Source of the DNA: a virus
Taxonomy: Duplodnaviria > Heunggongvirae > Uroviricota > Caudoviricetes
DNA: 37,721 bases
Reading direction: 5' to 3' (one strand)
Virus record (IMG/VR): IMGVR_UViG_2778261460_000005
Span: 1 to 37,721 of that record
The notes under the pieces are model-generated. The model was not told the origin of the DNA. It did not search any database and saw nothing but the letters and a program-made list of their open reading frames with translations. The translations under genes and the position numbers were made by a program. Positions 1-9,223 of this stretch are shown here, piece by piece (within the stretch, counting starts at the first letter, position 1; the number at the start of each line of letters is the position of its first letter).

Positions 1-1254
1 ATGCTGGAACAAATGGGCATTGCCGCGAAGCAAGCCTCGTATAAATTAGCGCAACTCTCCAGCCGCGAAAAAAATCGCGTGCTGGAAAAAATCGCCGATG
101 AACTGGAAGCACAAAGCGAAATCATCCTCAACGCTAACGCCCAGGATGTTGCTGACGCGCGTGCCAATGGCCTTGGCGAAGCGATGCTTGACCGTCTGGC
201 ACTGACGCCCGCACGGCTGAAAGGCATTGCCGATGATGTGCGCCAGGTGTGTAACCTCGCCGATCCGGTGGGGCAGGTAATCGATGGCAGCGTACTGGAC
301 AGCGGCCTGCGTCTTGAGCGTCGTCGCGTACCGCTGGGGGTTATTGGCGTGATTTATGAAGCGCGCCCGAACGTGACGGTTGATGTCGCTTCGCTGTGCC
401 TGAAAACCGGTAATGCGGTGATCCTGCGCGGTGGCAAAGAAACGTGTCGCACTAACGCTGCAACGGTGGCGGTGATTCAGGACGCCCTGAAATCCTGCGG
501 CTTACCGGCGGGTGCCGTGCAGGCGATTGATAATCCTGACCGTGCGCTGGTCAGTGAAATGCTGCGTATGGATAAATACATCGACATGCTGATCCCGCGT
601 GGTGGCGCTGGTTTGCATAAACTGTGCCGTGAACAGTCGACAATCCCGGTGATCACAGGTGGTATAGGCGTATGCCATATTTACGTTGATGAAAGTGTAG
701 AGATCGCTGAAGCATTAAAAGTGATCGTCAACGCGAAAACTCAGCGTCCGAGCACATGTAATACGGTTGAAACGTTGCTGGTGAATAAAAACATCGCCGA
801 TAGCTTCCTGCCCGCATTAAGCAAACAAATGGCGGAAAGCGGCGTGACATTACACGCAGATGCAGCTGCACTGGCGCAGTTGCAGGCAGGCCCTGCGAAG
901 GTGGTTGCTGTTAAAGCCGAAGAGTATGACGATGAGTTTCTGTCATTAGATTTGAACGTCAAAATCGTCAGCGATCTTGACGATGCCATCGCCCATATTC
1001 GTGAACACGGCACACAACACTCCGATGCGATCCTGACCCGCGATATGCGCAACGCCCAGCGTTTTGTTAACGAAGTGGATTCGTCCGCTGTTTACGTTAA
1101 CGCCTCTACGCGTTTTACCGACGGCGGCCAGTTTGGTCTGGGTGCGGAAGTGGCGGTAAGCACACAAAAACTCCACGCGCGTGGCCCAATGGGGCTGGAA
1201 GCACTGACCACTTACAAGTGGATCGGCATTGGTGATTACACCATTCGTGCGTAA
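1..1254 (+). CDS. proA: Gamma-glutamyl phosphate reductase (glutamate-5-semialdehyde dehydrogenase), complete 417 aa
   Basis: Full-length ORF whose translation I recognise as E. coli ProA (aldehyde dehydrogenase fold); host gene flanking thrW. Confidence 0.95.
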   Translation: MLEQMGIAAKQASYKLAQLSSREKNRVLEKIADELEAQSEIILNANAQDVADARANGLGEAMLDRLALTPARLKGIADDVRQVCNLADPVGQVIDGSVLDSGLRLERRRVPLGVIGVIYEARPNVTVDVASLCLKTGNAVILRGGKETCRTNAATVAVIQDALKSCGLPAGAVQAIDNPDRALVSEMLRMDKYIDMLIPRGGAGLHKLCREQSTIPVITGGIGVCHIYVDESVEIAEALKVIVNAKTQRPSTCNTVETLLVNKNIADSFLPALSKQMAESGVTLHADAAALAQLQAGPAKVVAVKAEEYDDEFLSLDLNVKIVSDLDDAIAHIREHGTQHSDAILTRDMRNAQRFVNEVDSSAVYVNASTRFTDGGQFGLGAEVAVSTQKLHARGPMGLEALTTYKWIGIGDYTIRA

Positions 1255-1368
1255 ATAAAACCGGGTGATGCAAAAGTAGCCATTTGATTCACAAGGCCAT
1301 TGACGCATCGCCCGGTTAGTTTTAACCTTGTCCACCGTGATTCACGTTCGTGAACATGTCCTTTCAGG

Positions 1369-1444
1369 GCCGATATAGCTCAGTTGGTAGAGCAGCGCAT
1401 TCGTAATGCGAAGGTCGTAGGTTCGACTCCTATTATCGGCACCA
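1369..1444 (+). tRNA. thrW: tRNA-Thr (anticodon CGU), prophage integration target
   Basis: 76-nt cloverleaf GCCGATATAGCTCAGTTGGTAGAGC...GGTTCGACTCC...CGGCACCA, anticodon loop TTCGTAA; an integrase gene starts 15 bp downstream. Confidence 0.9.
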
Positions 1445-1458
1445 TTTAAATCAATAAG

Positions 1459-2622
1459 TTACACATCATTAGTACCTTCCTTATTTTTTGACTGGGACAA
1501 ATTTGGGACCGATGGGTTCAGGATCGAGTCTATTTGCCGTGCGTGTTCGGTAAGGTGATTAGGTGCAAGGTGAGCATATCGACGAACCATTTCGATAGAC
1601 TCCCACCCTCCCATTTCCTGTAACACTGACAACGGGACTCCGGCTTGAACCAGCCAACTTGCCCAGGTGTGTCTCAAGTCGTGAAATCTGAAATCATCAA
1701 TACCAGCCCGTCTCAGCGCCGCTTTCCAGGCTGTGTTTGCGTCATACCGCATCTTCCTTACTGTTGGCGCTTTCGTTCCGTCTGGTTTGGTACAGCTTTC
1801 CTTGTACACAAATACCCAACGGTGATGATTACCGATTTGTTTTTTCAATACGCGACATGCAGTATCATTCAGCGCAACGCCAATTGCGCGGTTTGATTTA
1901 CTCTCTTCCGGGTTTATCCATGCCACCCGGCGCTGCATATCTATTTGTTGCCATTCAAGGTTGATGATGTTCGAGCGTCTTAAGCCTGTTGCCAGTGCAA
2001 ATTCAACAACAGACTTTAATGGCTCCGGACATTCATCAATCAGCCTTTGTGCTTCATGGGGCTCCAGCCAGCGGATCCGTTTATTCTTTGGTTGAGGCAC
2101 TTTAATAATTGGTGCCTTATCGAGCATTTTCCATTCACGCTCTGCGGCTCTTAGCAGGGCCTTTATAAATGAAAGATGCGTAGCCTTCGTTGCAACGGAC
2201 GCTGGTTTTGGCGTGTATTCTGGAACAGGTTTCCCTTTTTTTCTGCATGCTTCTGCCCTGAGTTTCCAGTTTTCCTCATGACGCCGGTTCGTCATTTTCT
2301 GCATTGCTGAATAAATTTTTGATTCAGTAATGTCTCTTAGTTGCATTCCTGCGAAATGTTGAAGCCAGAATCCGATCCGGCTTTTGTCATCGTCCAGTGA
2401 TTTTTTATGTGCTTTCTCTTCAAGCCACCTGACACACGCTTCCTCGAACGTTATATCAGGTATTTCACCAAGTTTGCTGACCCGCCATGCTTCAGCCTTT
2501 AGCTTGTCATGGAGTTCTGTCGCCTGCCTTTTGTCCTTTGTTCCAAGAGACTGTTTAAATCTTTTACCGTTCGGCAATGTGAAACTGGCGTACCATATTT
2601 CACCTCTGCGGAAGAGTGACAT
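1459..2622 (-). CDS. int: Tyrosine site-specific integrase (387 aa)
   Basis: C-terminal catalytic motifs HDLRHTWAS and RYAHL; adjacent to tRNA 3' end. Confidence 0.9.
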   Translation of the reverse strand: MSLFRRGEIWYASFTLPNGKRFKQSLGTKDKRQATELHDKLKAEAWRVSKLGEIPDITFEEACVRWLEEKAHKKSLDDDKSRIGFWLQHFAGMQLRDITESKIYSAMQKMTNRRHEENWKLRAEACRKKGKPVPEYTPKPASVATKATHLSFIKALLRAAEREWKMLDKAPIIKVPQPKNKRIRWLEPHEAQRLIDECPEPLKSVVEFALATGLRRSNIINLEWQQIDMQRRVAWINPEESKSNRAIGVALNDTACRVLKKQIGNHHRWVFVYKESCTKPDGTKAPTVRKMRYDANTAWKAALRRAGIDDFRFHDLRHTWASWLVQAGVPLSVLQEMGGWESIEMVRRYAHLAPNHLTEHARQIDSILNPSVPNLSQSKNKEGTNDV

Positions 2623-2849
2623 TTTCTTTCCTCTGTTATGCCATCACCCGCGCTCACCTTGATAGTATGCAGCGGAGACTGAAGCGCCGCAATGCAGGCT
2701 TGTCGCGTTGTGAGGTAAGGAGATTTTGGTTTAGTGGGGTCTTTGCGTGTTGCCTGTAGGCGGCCTGTTCGTATCCAGTTGGTAGCGGTAGGTCTGGATA
2801 TCTTGAGAAACTGACAGGCCTCATCGAGTGTGAGGCTGTATGATTCCAT
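2499..2849 (-). CDS. xis: Excisionase / AlpA-like DNA-binding protein
   Basis: Start taken at internal Met [31 protein letters not shown] (helix-turn-helix typical of Xis); overlaps int 5' end; exact start uncertain. Confidence 0.55.
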   Translation of the reverse strand: MESYSLTLDEACQFLKISRPTATNWIRTGRLQATRKDPTKPKSPYLTTRQACIAALQSPLHTIKVSAGDGITEERKCHSSAEVKYGTPVSHCRTVKDLNSLLEQRTKGRRQNSMTS

Positions 2850-3099
2850 GGTTACCTCTGCTTTTTGAACGCATGTCACGTAACTTCTTAATGTGTTCTG
2901 CCGTTTCGATCTCTTCTGCTATCCGATCTGCATCAGCTTTATTCACAGGTTCAAAGTCATGATTAAAGCGGAACATGCTGGCGATACATGTTCTGCCTTT
3001 TCGGATGTAGTGAACTTTGTTGTGGGTAGAACGCAGGATTTTGCAGGGAGTGCCGTGGTGGTCGACGTACCAGGTGTTAGGAAAAATGATTCTGAACAT
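2821..3099 (-). CDS. Hypothetical early-left protein (92 aa)
   Basis: ORF in the leftward operon between xis and exo; no motif recognised. Confidence 0.35.
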   Translation of the reverse strand: MFRIIFPNTWYVDHHGTPCKILRSTHNKVHYIRKGRTCIASMFRFNHDFEPVNKADADRIAEEIETAEHIKKLRDMRSKSRGNHGIIQPHTR

Positions 3100-3146
3100 T
3101 TTTACACCTCAGTTGGACGATGTTGAAATTTGCTGCTTTGAGGCCA

Positions 3147-3365
3147 TCACAATCCCCATTGTTTGTTCTTAAGTTCGATCTCCTCCTGGCAACTTGCACA
3201 AGTCCGACAACCCTGAACGACCAGGCGTCTTCGTTCATCTATGGGATCGCCACACTCACAACAATGAGTGGCAGATATAGCCTGGTGGTTCAGACGACGC
3301 ATTTTTATTGCTGTATTGCGCTGTAATTCTTCGATTTCTGATGCTGAATCAATGATGTCTGCCAT
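3147..3365 (-). CDS. TraR/DksA-family C4 zinc-finger protein (72 aa), lambda Orf73-like
   Basis: CxxC...CxxC pattern (CCECGDPIDERRRLVVQGCRTCASC) at C-terminus and size typical of phage TraR homologs. Confidence 0.7.
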   Translation of the reverse strand: MADIIDSASEIEELQRNTAIKMRRLNHQAISATHCCECGDPIDERRRLVVQGCRTCASCQEEIELKNKQWGL

Positions 3366-3414
3366 CTTCCATTAATCCCTGAATTGTTGGTTAATACGCT
3401 TGAGGGTGAATGCG

Positions 3415-3441
3415 AATAATAAAAAAGGAGCCTGTAGCTCC
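3415..3441 (-). terminator. Putative intrinsic terminator in leftward operon
   Basis: Minus strand GGAGC-TACAG-GCTCC hairpin followed by TTTTTTATTATT. Confidence 0.4.
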
Positions 3442-3463
3442 CTGATGATTTTGCTTTTCATGT

Positions 3464-3679
3464 TCACCGTTCCTTAAAGACGCCGTTTAACATGCCGATT
3501 GCCAGACTTAAGTGAGTCGGTGTGAATCCCATCAGCGTTACCGTTTCGCGGTGCTTCTTCAGTACGCTACGGCAAATGTCATCGACGTTTTTATCCGGAA
3601 ACTGCTGTCTGGCTTTTTTGATTTCAGAATTAGCCTGACGGGCAATACTGCGAAGGGCGTTTTCTTGCTGAGGTGTCAT
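3464..3679 (-). CDS. Hypothetical early-left protein (71 aa from internal Met MTPQQ)
   Basis: ORF in leftward operon; start chosen at MTPQQENAL, the longer ORF begins with an implausible Cys/His-rich leader. Confidence 0.4.
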   Translation of the reverse strand: MTPQQENALRSIARQANSEIKKARQQFPDKNVDDICRSVLKKHRETVTLMGFTPTHLSLAIGMLNGVFKER

Positions 3680-3755
3680 TGAACAAGTCCCATGTCGGCA
3701 AGCATAAGCACACAGAATATGAAGCCCGCTGCCAGAAAAATGCATTCAGTGGTTG

Positions 3756-3947
3756 TCATACCTGGTCTCTCTCATCTGCTTCTGCTTTCGCCACCATCAT
3801 TTCCAGCTTTTGTGAAAGGGATGTGGTTAACGTATGAAATTCTTCGTCTGTTTCTGCTGGTATTGGCACAAACCTGACTCCAATTTGAGCAAGGCTATGT
3901 GCCATCTCAATGCTCATTCTTAACTCAACAGGAGATGCTTTGTGCAT
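3756..3947 (-). CDS. Hypothetical protein (63 aa), position and size of lambda orf63
   Basis: ORF in leftward operon upstream of exo; size matches lambda orf63, sequence identity not verified. Confidence 0.45.
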   Translation of the reverse strand: MHKASPVELRMSIEMAHSLAQIGVRFVPIPAETDEEFHTLTTSLSQKLEMMVAKAEADERDQV

Positions 3948-4102
3948 ACAGCCCCTCGTTTATTATTTATCTCCTCAGCCAGCCGCTGGGCTTTCAGTGG
4001 ATTTTGGATAACAGAAAGGCCGGGAAATACCCAGCCTCGCTTTGTAACGGAGTAGACGAAAGTGATCGCACCTACCCGGATATTATCGTGAGGATGCTTC
4101 AT
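3920..4102 (-). CDS. Hypothetical protein (about 60 aa), position of lambda orf60a
   Basis: ORF abutting exo stop; start ambiguous (MAM...). Confidence 0.35.
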   Translation of the reverse strand: MKHPHDNIRVGAITFVYSVTKRGWVFPGLSVIQNPLKAQRLAEEINNKRGAVCTKHLLLS

Positions 4103-4779
4103 CGCCATTGCTCCCCAAATACAAAACCAATTTCAGCCAGTGCCTCGTCCATTTTTTCGATGAACTCCGGCACCATCTCGTCAAAACTCGCCATGTAATT
4201 TTCATCCCGCTCAACCACGACATAATGCAGGCCTTCACGCTTCATTCGTGGGTCATAGTTGGCAAAGTACCAGGCATCTTTTCGCGTCACCCACATGCTG
4301 TACTGCACCTGGGCCATGTAAGCCGACTTTATGGCCTCGAAACCACCGAGCCGGAATTTCATGAAATCCCGGGAGGTAAACGGGCATTTCAGTTCAAGGC
4401 CGTTGCCGTCACTGCATAAACCATCGGGAGAGCAGGCGGTGCGCATACTTTCGTCGCGATAGATGAGCGGGGATTCAGTAACATTCACGCCGGAAGTGAA
4501 CTCAAAGAGGGCTCTGGCGTCGTTCTCGTACTGTTTTCCCCAGGCCAGCGCCTTAGCGTTAACTTCCGGAGCCACACCGGTGCAAACCTCGGCAAGCAGG
4601 GTGTGGAAGTAGGACATTTTCATGTCAGGCCATTTCTTTCCGGAGCGGGGTTTTGCTATCACATTGTGAACTTCTGAAGCGGTGATGACGCCGAGCCGTA
4701 ATTTGTGCCACGCATCATCCCCCTGTTCGACAGCTCTCACGTCGATCCCGGTACGCTGCAGGATAATGTCCGGTGTCAT
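4099..4779 (-). CDS. exo: Lambda exonuclease (Red alpha), 226 aa
   Basis: Translation recognised as near-identical to lambda Exo ([43 protein letters not shown]...). Confidence 0.95.
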   Translation of the reverse strand: MTPDIILQRTGIDVRAVEQGDDAWHKLRLGVITASEVHNVIAKPRSGKKWPDMKMSYFHTLLAEVCTGVAPEVNAKALAWGKQYENDARALFEFTSGVNVTESPLIYRDESMRTACSPDGLCSDGNGLELKCPFTSRDFMKFRLGGFEAIKSAYMAQVQYSMWVTRKDAWYFANYDPRMKREGLHYVVVERDENYMASFDEMVPEFIEKMDEALAEIGFVFGEQWR

Positions 4780-5561
4780 GCAGCCACCTTCTGTTCAGAG
4801 GCTTTCTGTTTCAGGAATCCAAGAGCTTTCACTGCTTCGGCCTGTGTCAGTTCTGACGATGCGCGAATGTCGCGGCGAAATATCTGGGAACAGAGCGGCA
4901 ATAAGTCGTCATCCCATGTTTTGTCCAGGGCAATCAGCAGAGTGTTAATCTCCTGCATGGTTTCATCGTTAACCGGAGTGATGTCGCGTTCCGGCTGACG
5001 TTCTGCAGTGTATGCGGTATTTTCGACAATGCGCTCGGCTTCATCCTTGTCATAGATACCAGCAAATCCGAAGGCCAGACGGGCACACTGAATCATGGCT
5101 TTATGCCGTAACATCCGTTTGGGATGCGACTGCCACGGCCCCGTGATTTCTCTGCCTTCGCGAGTTTTGAATGGTTCGCGGCGGCATTCATCCATCCATT
5201 CGGTAACGCAGATCGGATGATTACGGTCCTTGCGGTAAATCCGGCATGTACAGGATTCATTGTCCTGCTCAAAGTCCATGCCATCAAACTGCTGGTTTTC
5301 ATTGATGATGCGGGACCAGCCATCAACGCCCACCACCGGAACGATGCCGTTCTGCTTATCAGGGAAGGCGTAAATTTCTTTCGTCCACGGATTAAGGCCG
5401 TACTGGTTGGCGACGATCAACAATGCGATGAACTGCGCATCGCTGGCATCGCCTTTAAATGCTGTCTGGCGAAGAGTGGTGATCAGTTCCTGTGGGTCGA
5501 CAGAATCCATGCCGACACGTTCAGCCAGCTTCCCAGCCAGCGTTGCGAGTGCTGTACTCAT
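4776..5561 (-). CDS. bet: Recombination protein Bet (Red beta), 261 aa
   Basis: Translation recognised as lambda Bet ([48 protein letters not shown]...). Confidence 0.95.
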   Translation of the reverse strand: MSTALATLAGKLAERVGMDSVDPQELITTLRQTAFKGDASDAQFIALLIVANQYGLNPWTKEIYAFPDKQNGIVPVVGVDGWSRIINENQQFDGMDFEQDNESCTCRIYRKDRNHPICVTEWMDECRREPFKTREGREITGPWQSHPKRMLRHKAMIQCARLAFGFAGIYDKDEAERIVENTAYTAERQPERDITPVNDETMQEINTLLIALDKTWDDDLLPLCSQIFRRDIRASSELTQAEAVKALGFLKQKASEQKVAA

Positions 5562-5566
5562 CCGTT

Positions 5567-5863
5567 TTATACCTCTGAATCAATATCAACCTGGTGGTGA
5601 GCAATGGTTTCAACCATGTACCGGATGTGTTCTGCCATGCGCTCCTGAAACTCAACATCGTCATCAAACGCACGGGTAATGGCTTTTTTGCTGGCCCCGT
5701 GACGTTGCAAATGATCGATGCAGAGTGATTCAAACAGGTGCTGGGGCAGACCTTTTTCCATGTCGTCTGCCAGTTCTGCCTCTTTCTCTTCACGGGCGAT
5801 CTGCTGGTAGTGACGCGCCCAGCTCTGAGCCTCAAGACGATCCTGAATGTAATAAGCGTTCAT
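5567..5863 (-). CDS. gam: Gam, RecBCD inhibitor (short form, 98 aa)
   Basis: Translation recognised as lambda GamS ([21 protein letters not shown]...). Confidence 0.9.
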   Translation of the reverse strand: MNAYYIQDRLEAQSWARHYQQIAREEKEAELADDMEKGLPQHLFESLCIDHLQRHGASKKAITRAFDDDVEFQERMAEHIRYMVETIAHHQVDIDSEV

Positions 5864-5938
5864 GGCTGAACTCCTGAAAATGGCTGTGAAAATATCGCCC
5901 GCGAAATGCCAGGCTGATTAGGAAAACAGGAAAGGGGG

Positions 5939-6082
5939 TTAGTGAATGCTTTTGCTTGATCTCAGTTTCAGTATTAATATCCATTTTTTATAAGCGTCGA
6001 CGGCCTCACGAAACATCTTTTCATCGCCAATAAAAGTGGCGATAGTGAATTTAGTCTGGATAGCCATAAGTGTTTGATCCAT
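5939..6082 (-). CDS. kil: Kil, host cell-division inhibitor (47 aa)
   Basis: C-terminal 47 aa of the listed ORF ([47 protein letters not shown]) matches remembered lambda Kil; start at internal ATG 6082. Confidence 0.8.
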   Translation of the reverse strand: MDQTLMAIQTKFTIATFIGDEKMFREAVDAYKKWILILKLRSSKSIH

Positions 6083-6215
6083 TTTTTGGGACTCCTGGCT
6101 GATTAAGTATGTCGATAAGGCGTTTCCATCCGTCACGTAATTTACGGGTGATTCGTTCAAGTAAAGATTCGGAAGGGCAGCCAGCAACAGGCCACCCTGC
6201 AATGGCATATTGCAT
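6051..6215 (-). CDS. cIII: cIII, FtsH inhibitor stabilising cII (54 aa)
   Basis: Hand-translated minus-strand ORF MQYAIAGWPVAGCPSESLLE... from ATG at 6215, not in the ORF track (<60 aa); RBS AAGGAG upstream. Confidence 0.8.
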   Translation of the reverse strand: MQYAIAGWPVAGCPSESLLERITRKLRDGWKRLIDILNQPGVPKNGSNTYGYPD

Positions 6216-6287
6216 GGTGTGCTCCTTATTTATACATAACGAAAAACGCCTCGAGAGAAGCGTTATTGGTATGCGGTAACGCCGCGC

Positions 6288-6656
6288 TCAGGCGGCTTTG
6301 ATAGTCATATCATCTGAATCAAATATTCCTGATGTATCGATATCGGTAATTCTTATTCCTTCGCTACCATCCATTGGAGGCCATCCTTCCTGACCATTTC
6401 CATCATTCCAGTCGAACTCACACATAACACCATATGTATTTAAGTCGCTTGAAATTGCTATAAGCAGAGCATGTTGCGCCAGCATGGTTAATACAGCATT
6501 TAATACAGAGCCGTGTTTATTGAGTCGGTATTCAGAGTCTGACCAGAAATTATTAATCTGGTGAAGTTTTTCCTCTGTCATTACGTCATGGTCGATTTCA
6601 ATTTCTATTGATGCTTTCCAGTCGTAATCAATGATGTATTTTTTGATGTTTGACAT
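6288..6656 (-). CDS. Hypothetical early protein (122 aa), lambda Ea10-like position
   Basis: ORF between cIII and sieB in the pL operon; size matches lambda Ea10, identity not verified. Confidence 0.5.
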   Translation of the reverse strand: MSNIKKYIIDYDWKASIEIEIDHDVMTEEKLHQINNFWSDSEYRLNKHGSVLNAVLTMLAQHALLIAISSDLNTYGVMCEFDWNDGNGQEGWPPMDGSEGIRITDIDTSGIFDSDDMTIKAA

Positions 6657-6675
6657 CTGTTCATATCCTCACAGA

Positions 6676-6702
6676 TAAAAAATCGCCCTCACATTAGAGG
6701 GC
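6676..6702 (-). terminator. Putative intrinsic terminator (tL-like) upstream of the 122-aa gene
   Basis: Minus strand GCCCTC-TAATGT-GAGGGC hairpin followed by GATTTTTTATCT. Confidence 0.45.
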
Positions 6703-6900
6703 AAAGAAGATTTCCAATAATCAGAACAAGTCGGTTCCTGTTTAGTTACGAGCGACATTGCTCCGTGTATTCACTCGTTGGAATGAATACACAGTGCAGT
6801 GTTTATTAGTATGCCTGTCTTTTAACCACATCAGGCTCGGTGGTTCTCGTGTACCCCTACAGCGAGAAATCGGATAAACTATTACAACCCCTACAGTTTG

Positions 6901-7452
6901 ATGAGTATAGAAATGGATCTACTCGTTATTCTCGGACGAGTGTTCAGTAATGAACCTCTGGAGAGAACCATGTATATGATCGTTATCTGGGTTGGACTTC
7001 TGCTTTTAAGCCCAGATAACTGGCCTGAATATGTTAATGAGAGAATCGGTATTCCTCATGTGTGGCATGTTTTCGTCTTTGCTCTTGCATTTTCGCTAGC
7101 AATTAATGTGCATCGATTATCAGCTATTGCCAGCGCCAGATATAAGCGATTTAAGCTAAGAAAACGCATGAAGATGCAAAACGATAAAGTGCGATCAGTA
7201 ATTCAAAACCTTACAGAAGAGCAATCTATGGTTTTGTGCGCAGCCCTTAATGAAGGCAGGAAGTATGTGGTTACATCAAAACAATTCCCATACATTAGTG
7301 AGTTGATTGAGCTTGGTGTGTTGAACAAAACTTTTTCCCGATGGAACGGGAAGCATATATTATTCCCTATTGAGGATATTTACTGGACTGAATTAGTTGC
7401 CAGCTATGATCCATATAATATTGAGATAAAGCCAAGGCCAATATCTAAGTAA
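6901..7452 (+). CDS. sieB: Superinfection exclusion protein B
   Basis: Membrane-type protein on the opposite strand inside the pL operon between ea10-like gene and N, as in lambda; first ATG at 6901 (the track ORF starts at TTG 6898). Confidence 0.75.
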   Translation: MSIEMDLLVILGRVFSNEPLERTMYMIVIWVGLLLLSPDNWPEYVNERIGIPHVWHVFVFALAFSLAINVHRLSAIASARYKRFKLRKRMKMQNDKVRSVIQNLTEEQSMVLCAALNEGRKYVVTSKQFPYISELIELGVLNKTFSRWNGKHILFPIEDIYWTELVASYDPYNIEIKPRPISK

Positions 7453-7776
7453 CTAGGTAAGAGGAATCGATTTTCCCTTAATTTTCTGGCGTCCACTGCA
7501 TGTTATGCCGCGTTCGCCAGGCTTGCTGTACCATGTGCGCTGATTCTTGCGCTCAATACGTTGCAGGTTGCTTTCAATCTGTTCGTGGTATTCAGCCAGC
7601 ACTGTAAGGTCTATCGGATTTAGTGCGCTTTCTACTCGTGATTTCGGTTTGCGATTCAGCGAGAGAATAGGGCGGTTAACTGGTTTTGCGCTTACCCCAA
7701 CCAACAGGGGATTTGCTGCTTTCCATTGAGCCTGTTTCTCTGCGCGACGTTCGCGGCGGCGTGTTTGTGCATCCAT
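7453..7776 (-). CDS. N: Antitermination protein N (107 aa)
   Basis: MDAQTRRRERRAEKQAQWKAANPLLVGVSAKPVNRPILSLNRKPKSRVES... arginine-rich motif; start at internal ATG 7776. Confidence 0.9.
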   Translation of the reverse strand: MDAQTRRRERRAEKQAQWKAANPLLVGVSAKPVNRPILSLNRKPKSRVESALNPIDLTVLAEYHEQIESNLQRIERKNQRTWYSKPGERGITCSGRQKIKGKSIPLT

Positions 7777-7933
7777 CTGGATTCTCCTGTTAGTTAGCTT
7801 TGGTTGTGTGTGGGAGTCGTAGTCCTGAACGAAAACACCCCGCAATGGCACATTGGCTGCTAATCCGGATTCGCACTTCCGGCCAATGCTTCGTTTCGTA
7901 TCACACACACCAAAGCCTTCTGCTTTGAATGCT

Positions 7934-7964
7934 GCCCTTCTTCAGGGCTTAATTTTTAAGAGCA
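7934..7964 (-). promoter_or_regulatory. nutL (boxA TGCTCTTA, boxB GCCCTGAAGAAGGGC)
   Basis: Minus-strand boxB hairpin at 7934-7948 and boxA at 7957-7964, upstream of N. Confidence 0.7.
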
Positions 7965-8003
7965 TCACCTTCATGGTGGTTAGTGCGTCCTGCTGATGTG
8001 CTT

Positions 8004-8066
8004 AGTATCACCGCTAGTGGTATTTGTGTCAACACCGCCAGAGATAATTTATCACCGCAGATGGTT
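8004..8066 (-). promoter_or_regulatory. pL promoter with operators OL1, OL2, OL3
   Basis: Three 17-bp operators TATCACCGCTAGTGGTA, CAACACCGCCAGAGATA, TATCACCGCAGATGGTT; minus-strand -35 TTGACA (8027-8032) and -10 GATACT (8004-8009). Confidence 0.85.
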
Positions 8067-8225
8067 ATCTGTATGTTTTTTATATAGATTTATTTTTTGC
8101 AGGGTTGTGTGGCTTGGGAGGTGATCGAGAGATCAGAATTGCGTTGTTTAGTGAGTTGCACCTATTAATTTTAAAATAAATACAATTGGTTATGTGTTTT
8201 TAGGTGGGGCGATCGAGAGGCAAAG

Positions 8226-8249
8226 AAAACCCGGCTCGGTGGCCGGGTT
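8226..8249 (-). terminator. Intrinsic terminator downstream of the cargo gene (lambda-conserved hairpin)
   Basis: Minus strand AACCCGGC-CACCGA-GCCGGGTT hairpin followed by U-rich TTTCTTTG; a similar hairpin sits left of rexB in lambda as I recall. Confidence 0.55.
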
Positions 8250-8256
8250 GATGGGA

Positions 8257-9114
8257 TTATCGTTTATTTCTTTGATGTTTCTTTGCAGACTCAGCTTGAG
8301 TGTTTCCATACCTGCGTTTACCGCTATTGTTTTTTCCTCTAGGCTTGCCTTTTTTTCGATCTTCCCACCAGTCAGGTGCCGGGTCTGGCTCAACATGTAA
8401 AGCATCGGCAAGTCCTGATATCAAGCTGTATGACTGAACTCCATCAATGTGCTCTGACAGTGATGGGGTAACATTCTGTCTTAGTGGATCAAGAATAAAA
8501 TCAATACCTTTAATTCTGGCGTGTTTGGCGGCAGGCACAAAGTCTGAGTCCCCAGCAACAAGGACAATTACATCAACAAGTTTTTCATAAGCTAAAGTCG
8601 TGATATCCATCCCTAGCTTGATATCAACTTGTTTTTGTTTGATGTCATAGTAAAAATCATCATTTGTCAGTTCATCCCATTTTTTCGTTCCTTTCATCAG
8701 AGCATCAAGGGAGAATGTAGTTAGTTGCCATCGCTTATTATCAACAAGATTCCCTAATCTTAAGGCTGTTTTTCGAGTTTTTCTTAACTCTTCATGCAGC
8801 TCCGTTCTCAGAATATATGATTTTTCGAGTTTGAAATTCTTGCGACCAGGCGTCTTATTGCCAGGCTCAGGAAGTGGAAGGCGTGTTTGAATGTCGAGTG
8901 GTGGACAGTCATAGAAGTAAATTCTATAAAGCTCAAGCGGTTCCCTACGTTCTTGTGATTGACGTTTTCCATTAAGATGGGAAAGAACCATTGACCATAT
9001 TACTTTCATTATGCATTGCGCAGTCAGTTCATGCTCGGCGAAGTGTTTACGATGCGTAGCATGAACACGCTGCATGAAAAAACCCGCATCAATTAAAATT
9101 GCTGCTTTCTTCAT
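8257..9114 (-). CDS. Predicted NYN/LabA-like (PIN-fold) nuclease with basic C-terminal tail, 285 aa; occupies the rexAB position
   Basis: Motifs AAILIDAGFF (N-terminal Asp) and VIVLVAGDSDFVPAAKHARIKGIDFIL typical of LabA/NYN domains; C-terminus RKKGKPRGKNNSGKRRYG...KKHQRNKR; located between cI and OL. Confidence 0.75.
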   Translation of the reverse strand: MKKAAILIDAGFFMQRVHATHRKHFAEHELTAQCIMKVIWSMVLSHLNGKRQSQERREPLELYRIYFYDCPPLDIQTRLPLPEPGNKTPGRKNFKLEKSYILRTELHEELRKTRKTALRLGNLVDNKRWQLTTFSLDALMKGTKKWDELTNDDFYYDIKQKQVDIKLGMDITTLAYEKLVDVIVLVAGDSDFVPAAKHARIKGIDFILDPLRQNVTPSLSEHIDGVQSYSLISGLADALHVEPDPAPDWWEDRKKGKPRGKNNSGKRRYGNTQAESAKKHQRNKR

Positions 9115-9120
9115 AAGAGT

Positions 9121-9183
9121 CCCAAAAAAATAGCCCAGAGCCGTTATGCAGATATTAACAATTGTCTGCGAACGGGGCTGGGC
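9121..9183 (-). other. Leader stem-loop plus U-tract between promoter-like element and cargo gene start (terminator or attenuator-like)
   Basis: Minus strand GCCCAGCCCCGTT...AACGGCTCTGGGC imperfect hairpin with nested GCAGA/TCTGC stem, followed by TATTTTTTT ending 9 nt before the ATG. Confidence 0.4.
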
Positions 9184-9194
9184 TTGGTTTAATT

Positions 9195-9223
9195 AATCTA
9201 TGCCAAGTTGACTGTGCCGTCAA
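9195..9223 (-). promoter_or_regulatory. Putative sigma70 promoter TTGACG-N17-TAGATT overlapping a 5-bp inverted repeat
   Basis: Minus-strand -35 at 9218-9223 and -10 at 9195-9200; inverted repeat TTGAC-N6-GTCAA at 9208-9223. Confidence 0.35.

Noticed and set aside
741-1335. Minus-strand ORFs (103 and 129 aa) overlapping proA
   Set aside because: Lie antisense inside a well-supported host gene; translations are low-complexity with no start context. Treated as spurious.
1645-1964. Plus-strand ORFs (83 and 75 aa) inside the integrase gene
   Set aside because: Antisense to a confident CDS, Cys/Ser-rich junk-like translation.
5093-5835. ORFs antisense to or overlapping bet and gam (77, 158, 90, 104 aa)
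   Set aside because: Overlap confidently identified lambda Red genes in other frames; no independent support.
7453-7908. Extended 151-aa version of N starting at 7908
   Set aside because: The recognisable N sequence begins at the internal ATG 7776 (MDAQTRRR); the upstream extension would run through nutL.
8257-9114. Possibility that the 285-aa protein is a divergent RexA
   Set aside because: It is a single gene with an NYN/LabA-type motif and basic tail, unlike RexA as I remember it (MKNGFYATYR...), and there is no rexB partner.
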